This document shows positions 48,167 through 57,939 of a DNA stretch of 64,000 nt, in pieces; position 1 is the stretch's first letter; the number at the start of each line of letters is the position of its first letter. This DNA comes from Candidatus Bathyarchaeia archaeon (GTDB taxonomy: Archaea; Thermoproteota; Bathyarchaeia; Bathyarchaeales; Bathycorpusculaceae), in the NCBI GenBank assembly GCA_050010755.1, contig JBEKKK010000003.1, positions 1-64,000 of the forward strand, given 5' to 3'. The position numbers were made by a program, and so were the translations under genes. The notes under the pieces are model-generated. The model had not been told where the DNA came from. It searched no databases and was given only the letters and a program-made list of their open reading frames with translations.

Positions 48167-49088
48167 TATCCTCCACCTTCCCGAAATTCTTCCTCTTGAG
48201 ATATTTGTCTACCCCAAGGGCGACGCCTCTGAAAACGTTTGATCCCTTGAGCGAAACGGCAGTGCCAATCTGAACCGCTGAAGCTCCTGCGAGCAGAAAC
48301 TCCACAGCGTCACGCCAGTCCGTGACTCCTCCGCAACCCATTATCGGAACCTTGACCCGTTCAAACGTTTCGTACACGCATCTGAGTGCAACAGGCTTAA
48401 CGGCGGGCCCGGAAAGTCCACCCAACTTGTTGCTTAGAATCGGCATGGCTGTGTCAACATCTATCGCCATGGCCCTAACCGTGTTCATAATCGTCAGCCC
48501 ATCCGCGCCCGCTTCAACTGCCGCTTCGGCAACGTCTGCAACGGACGTCACGTTAGGAGACAACTTGACAAAAACTGGTCTGCTTACTGAAGCCTTGACT
48601 TTCTTGACCACCTCTGCGAGAGTATCTGGACATTGTCCGATTTCGGATCCGGTGTCCTTGACATGAGGACAGGAAACGTTGAGTTCCACAGCATCGGCAC
48701 CCACGGCCGTGGCCTCCTCGGCAATAGTCGCGTATTCTTCAGCCGAATAACCGTAGATGCTGAAGATCAAAGGAACGTTGGAGACAGCGGCTTTGATTCG
48801 CTTGAACTCTTTGAGGTATTCTTTGATTCCGGGGTTTGGCAGTCCCATGGCGTTGATCAGGCCGCAACTGGCCTGAACAACGGTCGGATTCGAGTAGCCT
48901 TCCCGCGGCTTCAGACCGACAGACTTTGTGACGGCAGCCCCTGCACCGCCCTTCACGATGTTTTCCATCGTTTCTGCTGAATAGCCCAAGACTCCGGAAG
49001 CCAGAACAGTCGGGTTTGCAAGGTGCAGACCTGCTAGATCAACTGTCAGACGACTTTCTCTCAATTCCACCACCAAGACATTCTTCAA
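48141..49088 (-). CDS. pyrD: Dihydroorotate dehydrogenase (class 1B)
   Basis: NAMGLPNPG, ELNVSCP, VKLSPN, GGLSG. Confidence 0.95.
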   Translation of the reverse strand: MKNVLVVELRESRLTVDLAGLHLANPTVLASGVLGYSAETMENIVKGGAGAAVTKSVGLKPREGYSNPTVVQASCGLINAMGLPNPGIKEYLKEFKRIKAAVSNVPLIFSIYGYSAEEYATIAEEATAVGADAVELNVSCPHVKDTGSEIGQCPDTLAEVVKKVKASVSRPVFVKLSPNVTSVADVAEAAVEAGADGLTIMNTVRAMAIDVDTAMPILSNKLGGLSGPAVKPVALRCVYETFERVKVPIMGCGGVTDWRDAVEFLLAGASAVQIGTAVSLKGSNVFRGVALGVDKYLKRKNFGKVEDIVGLSHRR

Positions 49089-49277
49089 GCACCTTCATTT
49101 CTTGATTATCAAAGCACTGTTTCTGTGCAGACGAGGCATATATCTGCTTGCACTTCCAGCCGCGTGAAAGCCTAATTCAAGAAATACAGATCCAACCAGA
49201 AAAACTCGGGACTTTCGAGAAAACAATCTTGCAAAAAATGTTGGACGTCCCTCGCTGTGGAACGACCAGCAAGGACG

Positions 49278-49535
49278 TTACTGCTTTGGCGTCTGTGCCT
49301 GCTCTGGCTTTATCTCTTGCTTCTGCTCTGGTTTCTGCATCTTCGGCTTCATCATGTAGGCCCATGCAGCGAGTATAATGCCGATCAAACCGATAATGCC
49401 GACGAGACCGTAGTAACCGTATTTCGTAGTAGAGCTTCCGTAAATGCTGAAGACATGAGCTCCTACTTGAATTGCACCGAGTATTATTGCTATTATGATC
49501 AGCACTACGCCTAGAGCAAGAACTCCCTTATTCAA
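49278..49535 (-). CDS. Small two-TM membrane protein
   Basis: Two hydrophobic helices, AGGAGG RBS. Confidence 0.7.
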   Translation of the reverse strand: MNKGVLALGVVLIIIAIILGAIQVGAHVFSIYGSSTTKYGYYGLVGIIGLIGIILAAWAYMMKPKMQKPEQKQEIKPEQAQTPKQ

Positions 49536-49794
49536 ATTGTACTGCCGCCTCCTTTCAAATGACTTATAAATAGCAATGTAGGTCGGCGCTTAGCCTATTT
49601 TAGCTTTTCCAAAAAGATGCTCGCGAAATCACTGAAGATTTAAACTCAAGTTTAATGATTCGTGCGCTTGCTCCGCGGGCGTTTCCTTTACGCCTTCTCG
49701 TTGGGGTGACTCAGCGACGCCCTTTTTTGGGAATGTTCAATTGCGATACATTATTAAAGACAAAGCTGGGGTTAGTGATGCTGAGGAATAATTT

Positions 49795-51024
49795 ATGAAG
49801 GCGACGCTGATTGAGTGCTCCTTTGGCATACTTGCTTTCAACGAAGAAGACGAGCTGTTCGAAAAAGTCTTGTTTGAAAAGAAACCCCTTGTGGCAGCGA
49901 AAGCCGTTTTGGATATTGAAGCTGGCAAAATAATTGAACCTGTTCAAAGCATGATGGACAATCTCAGGGAACGGGGCTACGGGACCTTCGTCTTCGAGAA
50001 TCCAACCTTGGCCAAAGCTGTTGAGAAGAGATTCAGCGTTAATGTTGAGGTTGACCAGCGTTCGCGAGCTGGAGAGCTTGTTCGTTCAAGATCTGAAGAG
50101 ATCGCGACGGAGACAGGCTTCGTTAAGAACGCCGAGGAATTTGGCCTGTGGATGCGTGATTTCGCTATGGAGACTGCCAAGTTGCGGGTTAAGGGTGCAG
50201 TGGAGAGGAGGGACTTGGTGGTGGCTCAGGCTATCCAGACTCTCGATGAGTTGGACAAGACGATAAACATGCTCATGGCCCGCGTGAGAGAGTGGTATGG
50301 AATACACTTTCCAGAGCTAGATAGGCTGCTCGAGAAGCATGAGACTTACGCGAGGCTAGTGGTGCAGCTGGGCAATAAAGAGAATTTCACGGCTGAAAAA
50401 CTTGAGACCGAAGAAGTTCCGAAGGCGAAAGCCGAGGGAATCGCCAAAGTGGCCGAAAAATCCATGGGCGCGGATCTCGAACCCGCCGATTTGGCTCAGA
50501 TTCAAGCCCTCTGCAAGGATGTGACGCGTCTGTATCAGTTGAGGCAGGACTTGGAGGGTTACATCGACAAAACGATGGAGGAAGTCGCTCCTAACACGAA
50601 GTACATGGTTGGCGCTCTTCTCGGAGCCCGTTTGATAGCAGTGGCTGGAGGGTTGACAAACCTCGCCAAGAGACCTGCAAGCACAATCCAGATACTGGGC
50701 GCTGAGAAAGCCCTTTTCCGTTCGCTGAAAACTGGAACGAGACCCCCAAAGCATGGGATGATTTTCCAGCACACGATAATACACGATGCCAAGAGATGGC
50801 AGAGGGGAAAAATTGCCAGGGCATTAGCGGGCAAGCTGGCCATAGCGACGAGAGCGGATGCGTTCGGAAGAAGAGAAATCGGAGCAGAACTGAAGGCAAG
50901 CCTTGACAGGCGAATCGACGAAATCCACGAGAAGTACGATCAGCCTCCGCCGATGCCGGTTGCAAAACCTAGAAGCGGAAAGCCCAGAAGGGACAAATGG
51001 GGAAAGCATAGGCGTGAACGTTAA
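49795..51024 (+). CDS. nop5: C/D box sRNP protein Nop5 (Nop56/58)
   Basis: REWY..HFPEL, PASTIQILGAEKALF, PKHG. Confidence 0.95.
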   Translation: MKATLIECSFGILAFNEEDELFEKVLFEKKPLVAAKAVLDIEAGKIIEPVQSMMDNLRERGYGTFVFENPTLAKAVEKRFSVNVEVDQRSRAGELVRSRSEEIATETGFVKNAEEFGLWMRDFAMETAKLRVKGAVERRDLVVAQAIQTLDELDKTINMLMARVREWYGIHFPELDRLLEKHETYARLVVQLGNKENFTAEKLETEEVPKAKAEGIAKVAEKSMGADLEPADLAQIQALCKDVTRLYQLRQDLEGYIDKTMEEVAPNTKYMVGALLGARLIAVAGGLTNLAKRPASTIQILGAEKALFRSLKTGTRPPKHGMIFQHTIIHDAKRWQRGKIARALAGKLAIATRADAFGRREIGAELKASLDRRIDEIHEKYDQPPPMPVAKPRSGKPRRDKWGKHRRER

Positions 51025-51709
51025 AGTAAAGCCGCATCCTCTTTTTGAAGCCATATACCAAGTCATTCTTGAAGACGGCGCGCAAAGACTCGCGACGAAG
51101 AATCTTTCCCCTGGAAGAAGCGTCTACGGAGAGAGGCTCGTCAAGTTCGAAGGCGTAGAGTACCGTGTCTGGGACGCGTTTAGAAGCAAACTGGCCGCCG
51201 CTATCCTGAAAGGCCTAGACATGGTCCCAATAAAACCTGGGCACACGGTCCTTTATCTGGGAGCGGCTTCGGGCACAACGGCCAGTCACGTTTCAGACAT
51301 AATCGGCGAAAAAGGCCACGTGTACTGCGTGGAATTCGCCTCAAGATCCATAAGAGATTTGGTGGACAACGTTTGCAAGTACAGGTTCAACATGTCGCCA
51401 ATACTCGAAGATGCACGGTTTCCAGAGAAATACGCGATGTTCCTAACACGAAGGGCAGATGACATCTACTGCGACATAGCCCAGAGTGAGCAGGCAAAGG
51501 TTCTCGCAGACAATGCCGACCGATTTCTCAAGAGGCAAGGATGGATAATGCTCGCAGTGAAATCTCAAAGCATAGACGTGACAAAAGAACCATCCGAAAT
51601 CTACAAACGCGAAGTGAAAGTGCTGGAAAAACGCGGTTTCCGCACAGAACAAATCCTCCAATTAGAACCCTACGACAAGGCGCACGCGATGGTATTGGCT
51701 CAACGTTGA
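51014..51709 (+). CDS. flpA: Fibrillarin-like 2'-O-methyltransferase
   Basis: RSKLAAAI, VLYLGAASGTTASHVSD, LEPYDKAHA; GTG start. Confidence 0.96.
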   Translation: MNVKVKPHPLFEAIYQVILEDGAQRLATKNLSPGRSVYGERLVKFEGVEYRVWDAFRSKLAAAILKGLDMVPIKPGHTVLYLGAASGTTASHVSDIIGEKGHVYCVEFASRSIRDLVDNVCKYRFNMSPILEDARFPEKYAMFLTRRADDIYCDIAQSEQAKVLADNADRFLKRQGWIMLAVKSQSIDVTKEPSEIYKREVKVLEKRGFRTEQILQLEPYDKAHAMVLAQR

Positions 51710-51807
51710 ACGGACGGTAAGGATAGAGATTGCCCAAAACGTCTTCAAAGTGATATTCATCGGATAGTTTATATCCTTCATTGCGGTGGGTCTTTCGTGG
51801 CGATTTC

Positions 51808-52758
51808 ATGGCTTATTCGGGGAGAGACAGCCTAAACGCCCCAGAATCAATACTTAGAGAAGCTGGGTTTGTCGTTTCTGAACCTTGTCGTTCCAGGCCG
51901 AGCTGTTTCGATTTTGCTGCCCGAAAAGGCGAATCTCTGATTTTTACACGAGTCCAACATGACATCGGAAGCTTGTCGATAAGCGATTCGGCAGAATTGA
52001 AGGCCATATCCGAGAGCTTTTCGGCACCCTGCCTGTTGTTAGGGGAGGAAGCACGTGAAAAGTCCCTTCAGGATGACACGGTTTACAAGAGACACGGCAT
52101 ATTAGCCGTCACTCCGAGAACGTTCGAGAACTTCGTGATTCACAAGATATGTCCGCTGATTCAGGCCAACCCGGGCGGCTACTATGTCGAAATCGACGGA
52201 GAGGCACTGAAACAGAGAAGGCAGAAGCTGGGACTGTCGGCCGGCGAAGTGGCTGAGATGGTGAGCACTTCTCGGAGAACTATCTACGGCTATGAGAGGG
52301 GCATGGCAAAAGCTTCGGTGACGGCGGCTTACAACCTGATTTGGGCCCTTGGAATCCCCGTTGCAAAATCAGTGAACATTCTTGAGAAGCCGGAGAATCA
52401 ACGAAAATCATGCGTGCTGACAACGGCGAGGCTCATGCTCGCAAGGAACAGGATCCTCAACAAGCTTTTCGGGAGATACTTCCGTTATCATGTCACAGCC
52501 GTCAAGAAGGCGCCTTTCGATTTCGTGATAAGCGCTCCCGACAAGAGAATAAGGATAATCGGGGGAATAGCGAACAGGAAAGAGCCCGAGCTTGACGCGA
52601 GGGTGGATGAGATACTGAGCGTCAGCAAGGTCACGAGAGCGCGTCCGATACTCATAACGGAGGGGGAGCAGCAACTGGAACGGGACATCCCGTGCATCAG
52701 CCGCGAAGACGTTTCCAAAATCAAAAGCCCCGAAGACCTGATTGCGAGCTTCACATAA
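51808..52758 (+). CDS. Archaeal Cro/C1-type HTH transcriptional regulator (COG1395-like)
   Basis: SCFDFAAR, GGYYVEIDG..LGLS..A..SRRTIYGYERG. Confidence 0.85.
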   Translation: MAYSGRDSLNAPESILREAGFVVSEPCRSRPSCFDFAARKGESLIFTRVQHDIGSLSISDSAELKAISESFSAPCLLLGEEAREKSLQDDTVYKRHGILAVTPRTFENFVIHKICPLIQANPGGYYVEIDGEALKQRRQKLGLSAGEVAEMVSTSRRTIYGYERGMAKASVTAAYNLIWALGIPVAKSVNILEKPENQRKSCVLTTARLMLARNRILNKLFGRYFRYHVTAVKKAPFDFVISAPDKRIRIIGGIANRKEPELDARVDEILSVSKVTRARPILITEGEQQLERDIPCISREDVSKIKSPEDLIASFT

Positions 52759-53413
52759 GCTTCGTCTGTTCAGAACCCTTTCCATCTCGAACTCTCTTGG
52801 CAGGCTTCCATGATTTTCTAACATAATCCGGATATTCGTCCAGTTTTTCACAGCACTCCTTCAGGAACTTCATGGTTCTCGGATCCGACGGATACCCGGA
52901 TCCAAAATCTCCGAGAGTCTTCGCGAGCTCCGAAATCTCTTTGTCTCTTTCGACCTTCGCAATAATCGAAGCCGCCGACACCGCAACATAGTTCCTGTCA
53001 GCCTTGTGCTCTGAAACGATGTCAACCCTGAAGGACATGCACTCCAAAATGTGCTGCTTAAACCGCTCCTCCAAAACATCAGACGCGTCAACATAAACCT
53101 TGTCGGGCCTCAGCGCCTCTATAACCCTTGCCATCGTCTGCGCCTCCAGATAATTCAGCTTGTGAAGCTTCCTACCACTGTTAACCACAACATCGATTTC
53201 CCGCGGCGAAAGCTTCACCACATCGAATTTAACAACTATCCTTCTGATTTCAACGGCAAGAACCTCACGCCTGTGCGGCGACAACAACTTAGAATCTTTG
53301 ACGCCAAGCTCCTTTAGCCTGGGCAAGTCCTCTTCTCTGACCAGAACCCCGGCGATAACCAGCGGCCCTATGACTGCACCGCGCCCCGCGTCATCCACAC
53401 CGGCAACTAACAT
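52751..53413 (-). CDS. rnhB: Ribonuclease HII
   Basis: GVDDAGRG.VIGP, DSK, AASIIAKV, GSGYPSD. Confidence 0.96.
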   Translation of the reverse strand: MLVAGVDDAGRGAVIGPLVIAGVLVREEDLPRLKELGVKDSKLLSPHRREVLAVEIRRIVVKFDVVKLSPREIDVVVNSGRKLHKLNYLEAQTMARVIEALRPDKVYVDASDVLEERFKQHILECMSFRVDIVSEHKADRNYVAVSAASIIAKVERDKEISELAKTLGDFGSGYPSDPRTMKFLKECCEKLDEYPDYVRKSWKPAKRVRDGKGSEQTKLM

Positions 53414-53467
53414 CTAACCCCTTCACTCATGTCAAATTTCCTATCTAAACTTCAAAGTTATAATCCT

Positions 53468-54040
53468 TTATCCCTCGGCAATCCCAGACAGAAACTTAAT
53501 AGCCTGTCCAATCACGAGCAGGGGCAGGTTCTCCCTGTTTTCCACGGTGACCACACGCACCTCAGCATCGTCCCTGTCTTTGATTCTTGTTAAGAAAGGG
53601 TCCGTTGCTTTCCAGTGGACGACTCCTATTAATAGTTTCGGGCTTTCAGCAGCCATGAGCGCGGCCTCCTTGAACTTCTTGGAATGAAGTTCCATAGGGC
53701 CGATTTCGTCTATCACGATCACGTCGGACTCTTTGACGGCACTTGTTATCGCTTTGGCTCCGATGTTTTCCAGATCGTTGATGTTCACGCGATACCTCCC
53801 AACCTGCGGGCCCTCATTCTGAGAAACGTGCGCAAGCCAGCCCTTTTCTCCTGTGTTGACGTTCAGAATTTCGAACCCAAAACGATCGCGTCCGGCCCGA
53901 GCCTCTCGGCTCACCATGCCTCCCACGTTGTAGCCTTCAGCCTTTAAAGATTCGACTATTCTCGATAGGGCAGACGTCTTTCCAACGCCTGGACTGCCAG
54001 TTAACAGGAATATCCTCTTCCTCAAACGCCCGCTCTCCAA
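53468..54040 (-). CDS. Nucleoside-triphosphatase (THEP1-like NTPase)
   Basis: LTGSPGVGKT, GF.I, VGRY.V, IDEIGPME. Confidence 0.92.
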   Translation of the reverse strand: MESGRLRKRIFLLTGSPGVGKTSALSRIVESLKAEGYNVGGMVSREARAGRDRFGFEILNVNTGEKGWLAHVSQNEGPQVGRYRVNINDLENIGAKAITSAVKESDVIVIDEIGPMELHSKKFKEAALMAAESPKLLIGVVHWKATDPFLTRIKDRDDAEVRVVTVENRENLPLLVIGQAIKFLSGIAEG

Positions 54041-54048
54041 CCAGAATG

Positions 54049-54678
54049 CTAACCCTTTTCGAGTCCTTGTGTTATTCTATACCAATAGACATCATCAAAT
54101 TGCACGGGCAACCGAAGCTTTTCGTCGTGTTTCTCCCTGATGAATATACGAACAACTTCTTGAAGCTCCAAGTATTTCTTTTCACTGTCCACATCCTTCA
54201 CCGCTTTCGGCCAATCGTCGAAGTACTCCGGGTGTTTTCCCTTCAGCTTTTTCTTAAGCATTGCCATCATACGAGTATCGACACCTGCATGCAGCCACTC
54301 TACAATTTTCGCACTTCTTGGATAGTCAGGCAGTTGACAGTAATACACAACCACTTTCAAAGCAACGTTGAAGGTTTTTGCAATTTGGCCGTAAGTTGCT
54401 GGTCCTCCCTTTATGATTCGCCCATTCCTTAATCTTTTTTGAGCTAGTACTATATTTCCAGATCCCCACTTACAAAATTCTTTATGAATTTCGTCGAATT
54501 CTTCTTTGGATTGGGCTTTGAAGATTCTTGGTCCATAATCTTCAACTATCTTCTTTCACAGCTTGGTCTCTGAGCCTTCTTTGAAGAGTCTCATCATAGA
54601 AGAAAAGTCCAATCCCATTTCAATTATGTTCCATAACCGCACATCTTCAGGGTTACAGACTGTCGATTCCTCACTCAT
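54049..54678 (-). pseudogene. ~209-codon gene with a single in-frame TGA (54556-54558)
   Basis: MSEESTVCNP..ETKL*KKIVEDY..TYGQIAKTFNVALK..LHAGVD; the frame is open on both sides of the stop. Confidence 0.65.
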
Positions 54679-54713
54679 GCAAATCCCTACCTCTCAGATG
54701 CTCACCGCGCGCG

Positions 54714-55634
54714 CTATTTGTTTGGAGCGACTCTTTTCTCGGCTTTTTTAACTCCAAAGGCCTGTGCCTGCACGGAAACTTCACCTTCAATTTTGCGAAG
54801 GTCGTCATATCTCTTCTTGATTTTTTCATGAGCATTTTTGGATTCTTCATGAAGCTTTTTCTTCAAGTTTGGAAATGCGTAAAAATGAGTTTCTGCGTTT
54901 AGTGCCAAGCTTTTGCAAATATCCGCTTCTAAGAGTTTGGTTGCGGTTTCTCCTTGCGACCCTATCCACTCGAAAACCTCTTTCACATCATTTTCTGTAG
55001 GTTCTTTCTTTTGAAAGGTTTCCTTGAACATAGCATTGAACGTCAATGTAATGAAATGCTCTTCTTTTTCTGGTTTACTCTCTTCTTTTGTTTCTTTCGG
55101 CAACTTCCCAATTTCCTCTTTTTTCTCTAAATGCTGCAAGTATTGTTGAGCTGGAAAATTAAAAAAGAACGGGTTTTTCGGGTCATTAGGGATTTTGGTT
55201 GCGTGCACTATTTGGCTTTCCACCGAATTAGCTATTACTCTGACAACTGTTGACCCGAGATCTCCTTTAGTTATCCGATACGTAACGTTAGACTCAGAGT
55301 ATTCTTTGGCTATATTCAAGACGCATTTCATGCTCGCCACAACTCGTCTTGCGTCATTAAGGTTTTTTTGTATCAATATTGTTCTTCTATTGTACAACAA
55401 GTCCGTCAGGGCATCCTGCCCTTCTGTACATTCGACATTGTGATCAGTCCAATAGCCGCCCTCAACTATTTGGACTCTTGTCCAATCTGACGTTGTAATA
55501 ATAACATACGCAATTGGGAATTGAACAATGTCTGAACTCATACCCTTTCCCTCCAAGTATTTTCTACTAATGCTGATAAGTTCTTTTCTGCTATAGCTTT
55601 TGCGCACGCTAACCTTAACGCGCGCACTCTTCAT
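54714..55634 (-). CDS. Hypothetical protein
   Basis: 306-aa ORF, no recognised motif. Confidence 0.7.
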   Translation of the reverse strand: MKSARVKVSVRKSYSRKELISISRKYLEGKGMSSDIVQFPIAYVIITTSDWTRVQIVEGGYWTDHNVECTEGQDALTDLLYNRRTILIQKNLNDARRVVASMKCVLNIAKEYSESNVTYRITKGDLGSTVVRVIANSVESQIVHATKIPNDPKNPFFFNFPAQQYLQHLEKKEEIGKLPKETKEESKPEKEEHFITLTFNAMFKETFQKKEPTENDVKEVFEWIGSQGETATKLLEADICKSLALNAETHFYAFPNLKKKLHEESKNAHEKIKKRYDDLRKIEGEVSVQAQAFGVKKAEKRVAPNK

Positions 55635-55868
55635 TCTTTGCTACATAGGCTTGATTTTCGTAAAAGTTGCCAATTGATCACTGCCTAGCGCTCGCTGGAG
55701 GCTCAGAGTGATTCGAATGATTTTTCAACTAGCCGGGTTCGGTTTCGCTTTAGACGCTTTGATATTTGAGCTTACTGGCCTAGCGCCCGACCAGTTCTAC
55801 ATAACCTTAATGACCACAGCAATCTTACTTCTAACACTTGCTGTTGTAAAAAGCGGCGGTAAAGAAAG

Positions 55869-56393
55869 TTGAATCAAAAAGATAAGAAAAAGTTCCGAGA
55901 TTCCGCTTCTTTCGGAAAAAGACAGGAATTCATAGTCATCTCTAAACTTCTGAGGAAGGGTTATGACGTGTATCAGACTCTTGTCGATGACCAGCAGATT
56001 GACTGTATAATCCGCAAGGGCAAACAGAGCCCACTCTACGCAGACATACAAATCAAAGCAAGGTCAAAGGACTGCTCACCCAAAGATGCGGCAAGATTCG
56101 CTGGCTTAGTTATAGAGAACCCAAGACCTAATTACTTCTTCATCTTCTACTCTCAACAGCTCAAGAAGACTTGGATAATTCCGTCCATGGACATTACCAA
56201 TAGAGAGGCAGGCAGAATAGGCTCCAAGAACGAGAAGGGAATTAACGCAGGAAAATACAGCATAAACATGGCTGGCTACGGCCGGACAGACGATAAGGCG
56301 AGAGCGGACGGACCAACCACAAAGAGATTCCAGAAATATGAAGAAAAGAACGGTTACGATCTTCTAGATAAAATGTTGAGTTCAGCGAAGTAA
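55869..56393 (+). CDS. PD-(D/E)XK nuclease-fold protein
   Basis: GKRQE..V..L..GYDVY..VDD..ID..DIQIK. Confidence 0.75.
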   Translation: MNQKDKKKFRDSASFGKRQEFIVISKLLRKGYDVYQTLVDDQQIDCIIRKGKQSPLYADIQIKARSKDCSPKDAARFAGLVIENPRPNYFFIFYSQQLKKTWIIPSMDITNREAGRIGSKNEKGINAGKYSINMAGYGRTDDKARADGPTTKRFQKYEEKNGYDLLDKMLSSAK

Positions 56394-56445
56394 AATATCC
56401 GGCACGCGCTAGACTGTTGGTTCATCGTTCTGCAGCTTTGAAAAC

Positions 56446-56950
56446 ATGAGCGAGCTGGTTCGCTTCGGAATATACTATCTTGATGAGAAATACTTTCCTA
56501 AGACTTTCTTGTTTGCAAATTTCCAGTGTCTAAGATGTGGGTTGTGTTGTAAGAATTATGAAGACATTGAGATTACCAGTAGAGAGCAAGTTCAGAAATG
56601 GAAAGAAGAAGGGAAGACAGAAGTATTGAATCATTTAGACGTTATGATCGATGAACCTAGCTTTTTTCACGCTGAGATATATTCAACAACATGGACGGGT
56701 TGTCCCATGTGTCGAAAGGTCAGAGGCAAACCGTATTTCATTTGCCGAATCCAATCTGCGAAAGCCCATATTCCAGTTTGCAAGGCCTATTTATGTAGCA
56801 AGTCTGTTCCAGTTGCTCACATCGACTTTAAGGATATAGGATTTGATTCAGATGGTCGGCATGGACGAATACTATGCCTTGGTTGAGAAAGACTGGGGCG
56901 AGGAATTTGACTACTCAAAATGTGAATTGAGAACCCATCGCAAAAAATAA
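56446..56950 (+). pseudogene. YkgJ/Fe-S-cluster-type (CxxCxxCC) protein, frameshifted near 56838
   Basis: FQCLRCGLCC, CP, CRI, VCKAY; natural-looking C-terminus DLIQMVGMDEYY..RKK* continues in another frame to 56950. Confidence 0.6.
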
Positions 56951-57009
56951 GTCATTTCCGTGAGTGAAAAAGTTGAAGGTTTCAGCGACTATAGGAAAGA
57001 GCGATAAGA

Positions 57010-57483
57010 ATGAGCGCGCAACCATTAATGCAAGTGACATACTATTATTTGGTGAGAAAGTATACAACAAAGAGATCTGGAGAGGCGTTGGTCTTGGAAG
57101 TAGAAAACGTGTTCAAAATAGCGATGACCTATTCCAGAGTTCGCGAGTTCCTGACAAGCAAGAGTTGGGAATTCCAAGGAAAGGATGAGGAAATGGAGAT
57201 GGACTCGTTCAGAAACAAGAAGACCGGGAAGAAGCTGTTCGTCGAGGACATTTCGGAGGACTTTCCAGTGACCTTTCTTATGGGCGAGCTTAGCGTGCCG
57301 GAGTTCAGTAACATTGCTAATGAATTGACGCCAGAAATCCAGTTACTGGAAGTTGACAGTAGTTGGGAAGGTAAACCGACGACCATCGTGGTCGCGATGA
57401 CAGAAGAGCAAGTTAGGAACATGTTCGGCAGAAGAACGAAGATGAGAAAGCTTGCGGTTCACCGCACAGCGTCACAGATTTGA
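57010..57483 (+). CDS. Hypothetical protein (true start probably later, e.g. 57124)
   Basis: ORF track; acidic globular composition. Confidence 0.6.
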   Translation: MSAQPLMQVTYYYLVRKYTTKRSGEALVLEVENVFKIAMTYSRVREFLTSKSWEFQGKDEEMEMDSFRNKKTGKKLFVEDISEDFPVTFLMGELSVPEFSNIANELTPEIQLLEVDSSWEGKPTTIVVAMTEEQVRNMFGRRTKMRKLAVHRTASQI

Positions 57484-57491
57484 AGCGCGCG

Positions 57492-57845
57492 CTATTTTTT
57501 CATTGTTAATTTGAACGGCTCGTTGTCCACGAAAAACCAGATTGTTCCATCTTGATGCTTGACTGCGCCGCACTTGAGACAGTGCATGTATTCCTTGTGC
57601 AACCATTTGTGAACGGGTTTCCAATCGTGACAGCAAGAAGCAACATCCCTTTCAGCAAGAACTATCTTTTCATAACTGTCTTCGTCAGGTTCTGAGAATT
57701 TTTCTCTATCTTTGGCCTGTTGCATGGCCAAGCTGTTTATCCTATAGCCCAGGGGTGGTACACCAGGCCCCAAAAACTGGTTCTTGTAGAACCCAGTTTT
57801 CGGATCCCACATTTCCATCTGATTCATTCTCATTGCAGTCCCCAT
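57492..57845 (-). CDS. Hypothetical protein with CxHxW..CxxCG Zn motif
   Basis: CCHDWK..CLKCG. Confidence 0.65.
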   Translation of the reverse strand: MGTAMRMNQMEMWDPKTGFYKNQFLGPGVPPLGYRINSLAMQQAKDREKFSEPDEDSYEKIVLAERDVASCCHDWKPVHKWLHKEYMHCLKCGAVKHQDGTIWFFVDNEPFKLTMKK

Positions 57846-57939
57846 CTGCGTTTAAAATCCCACACGTATAAGGATACCGACCGCATGCGCGCACGAAGAG
57901 CCAGAAAAGAAAGAATAGAGTGCGTGGACCAGGCAATTC

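Noticed and set aside
49765-49794. GTGATG-CTGA k-turn-like motif upstream of nop5 (possible L7Ae autoregulation)
   Set aside because: The boxes abut with no flanking stem, and the TATA position implies the motif is only partly transcribed
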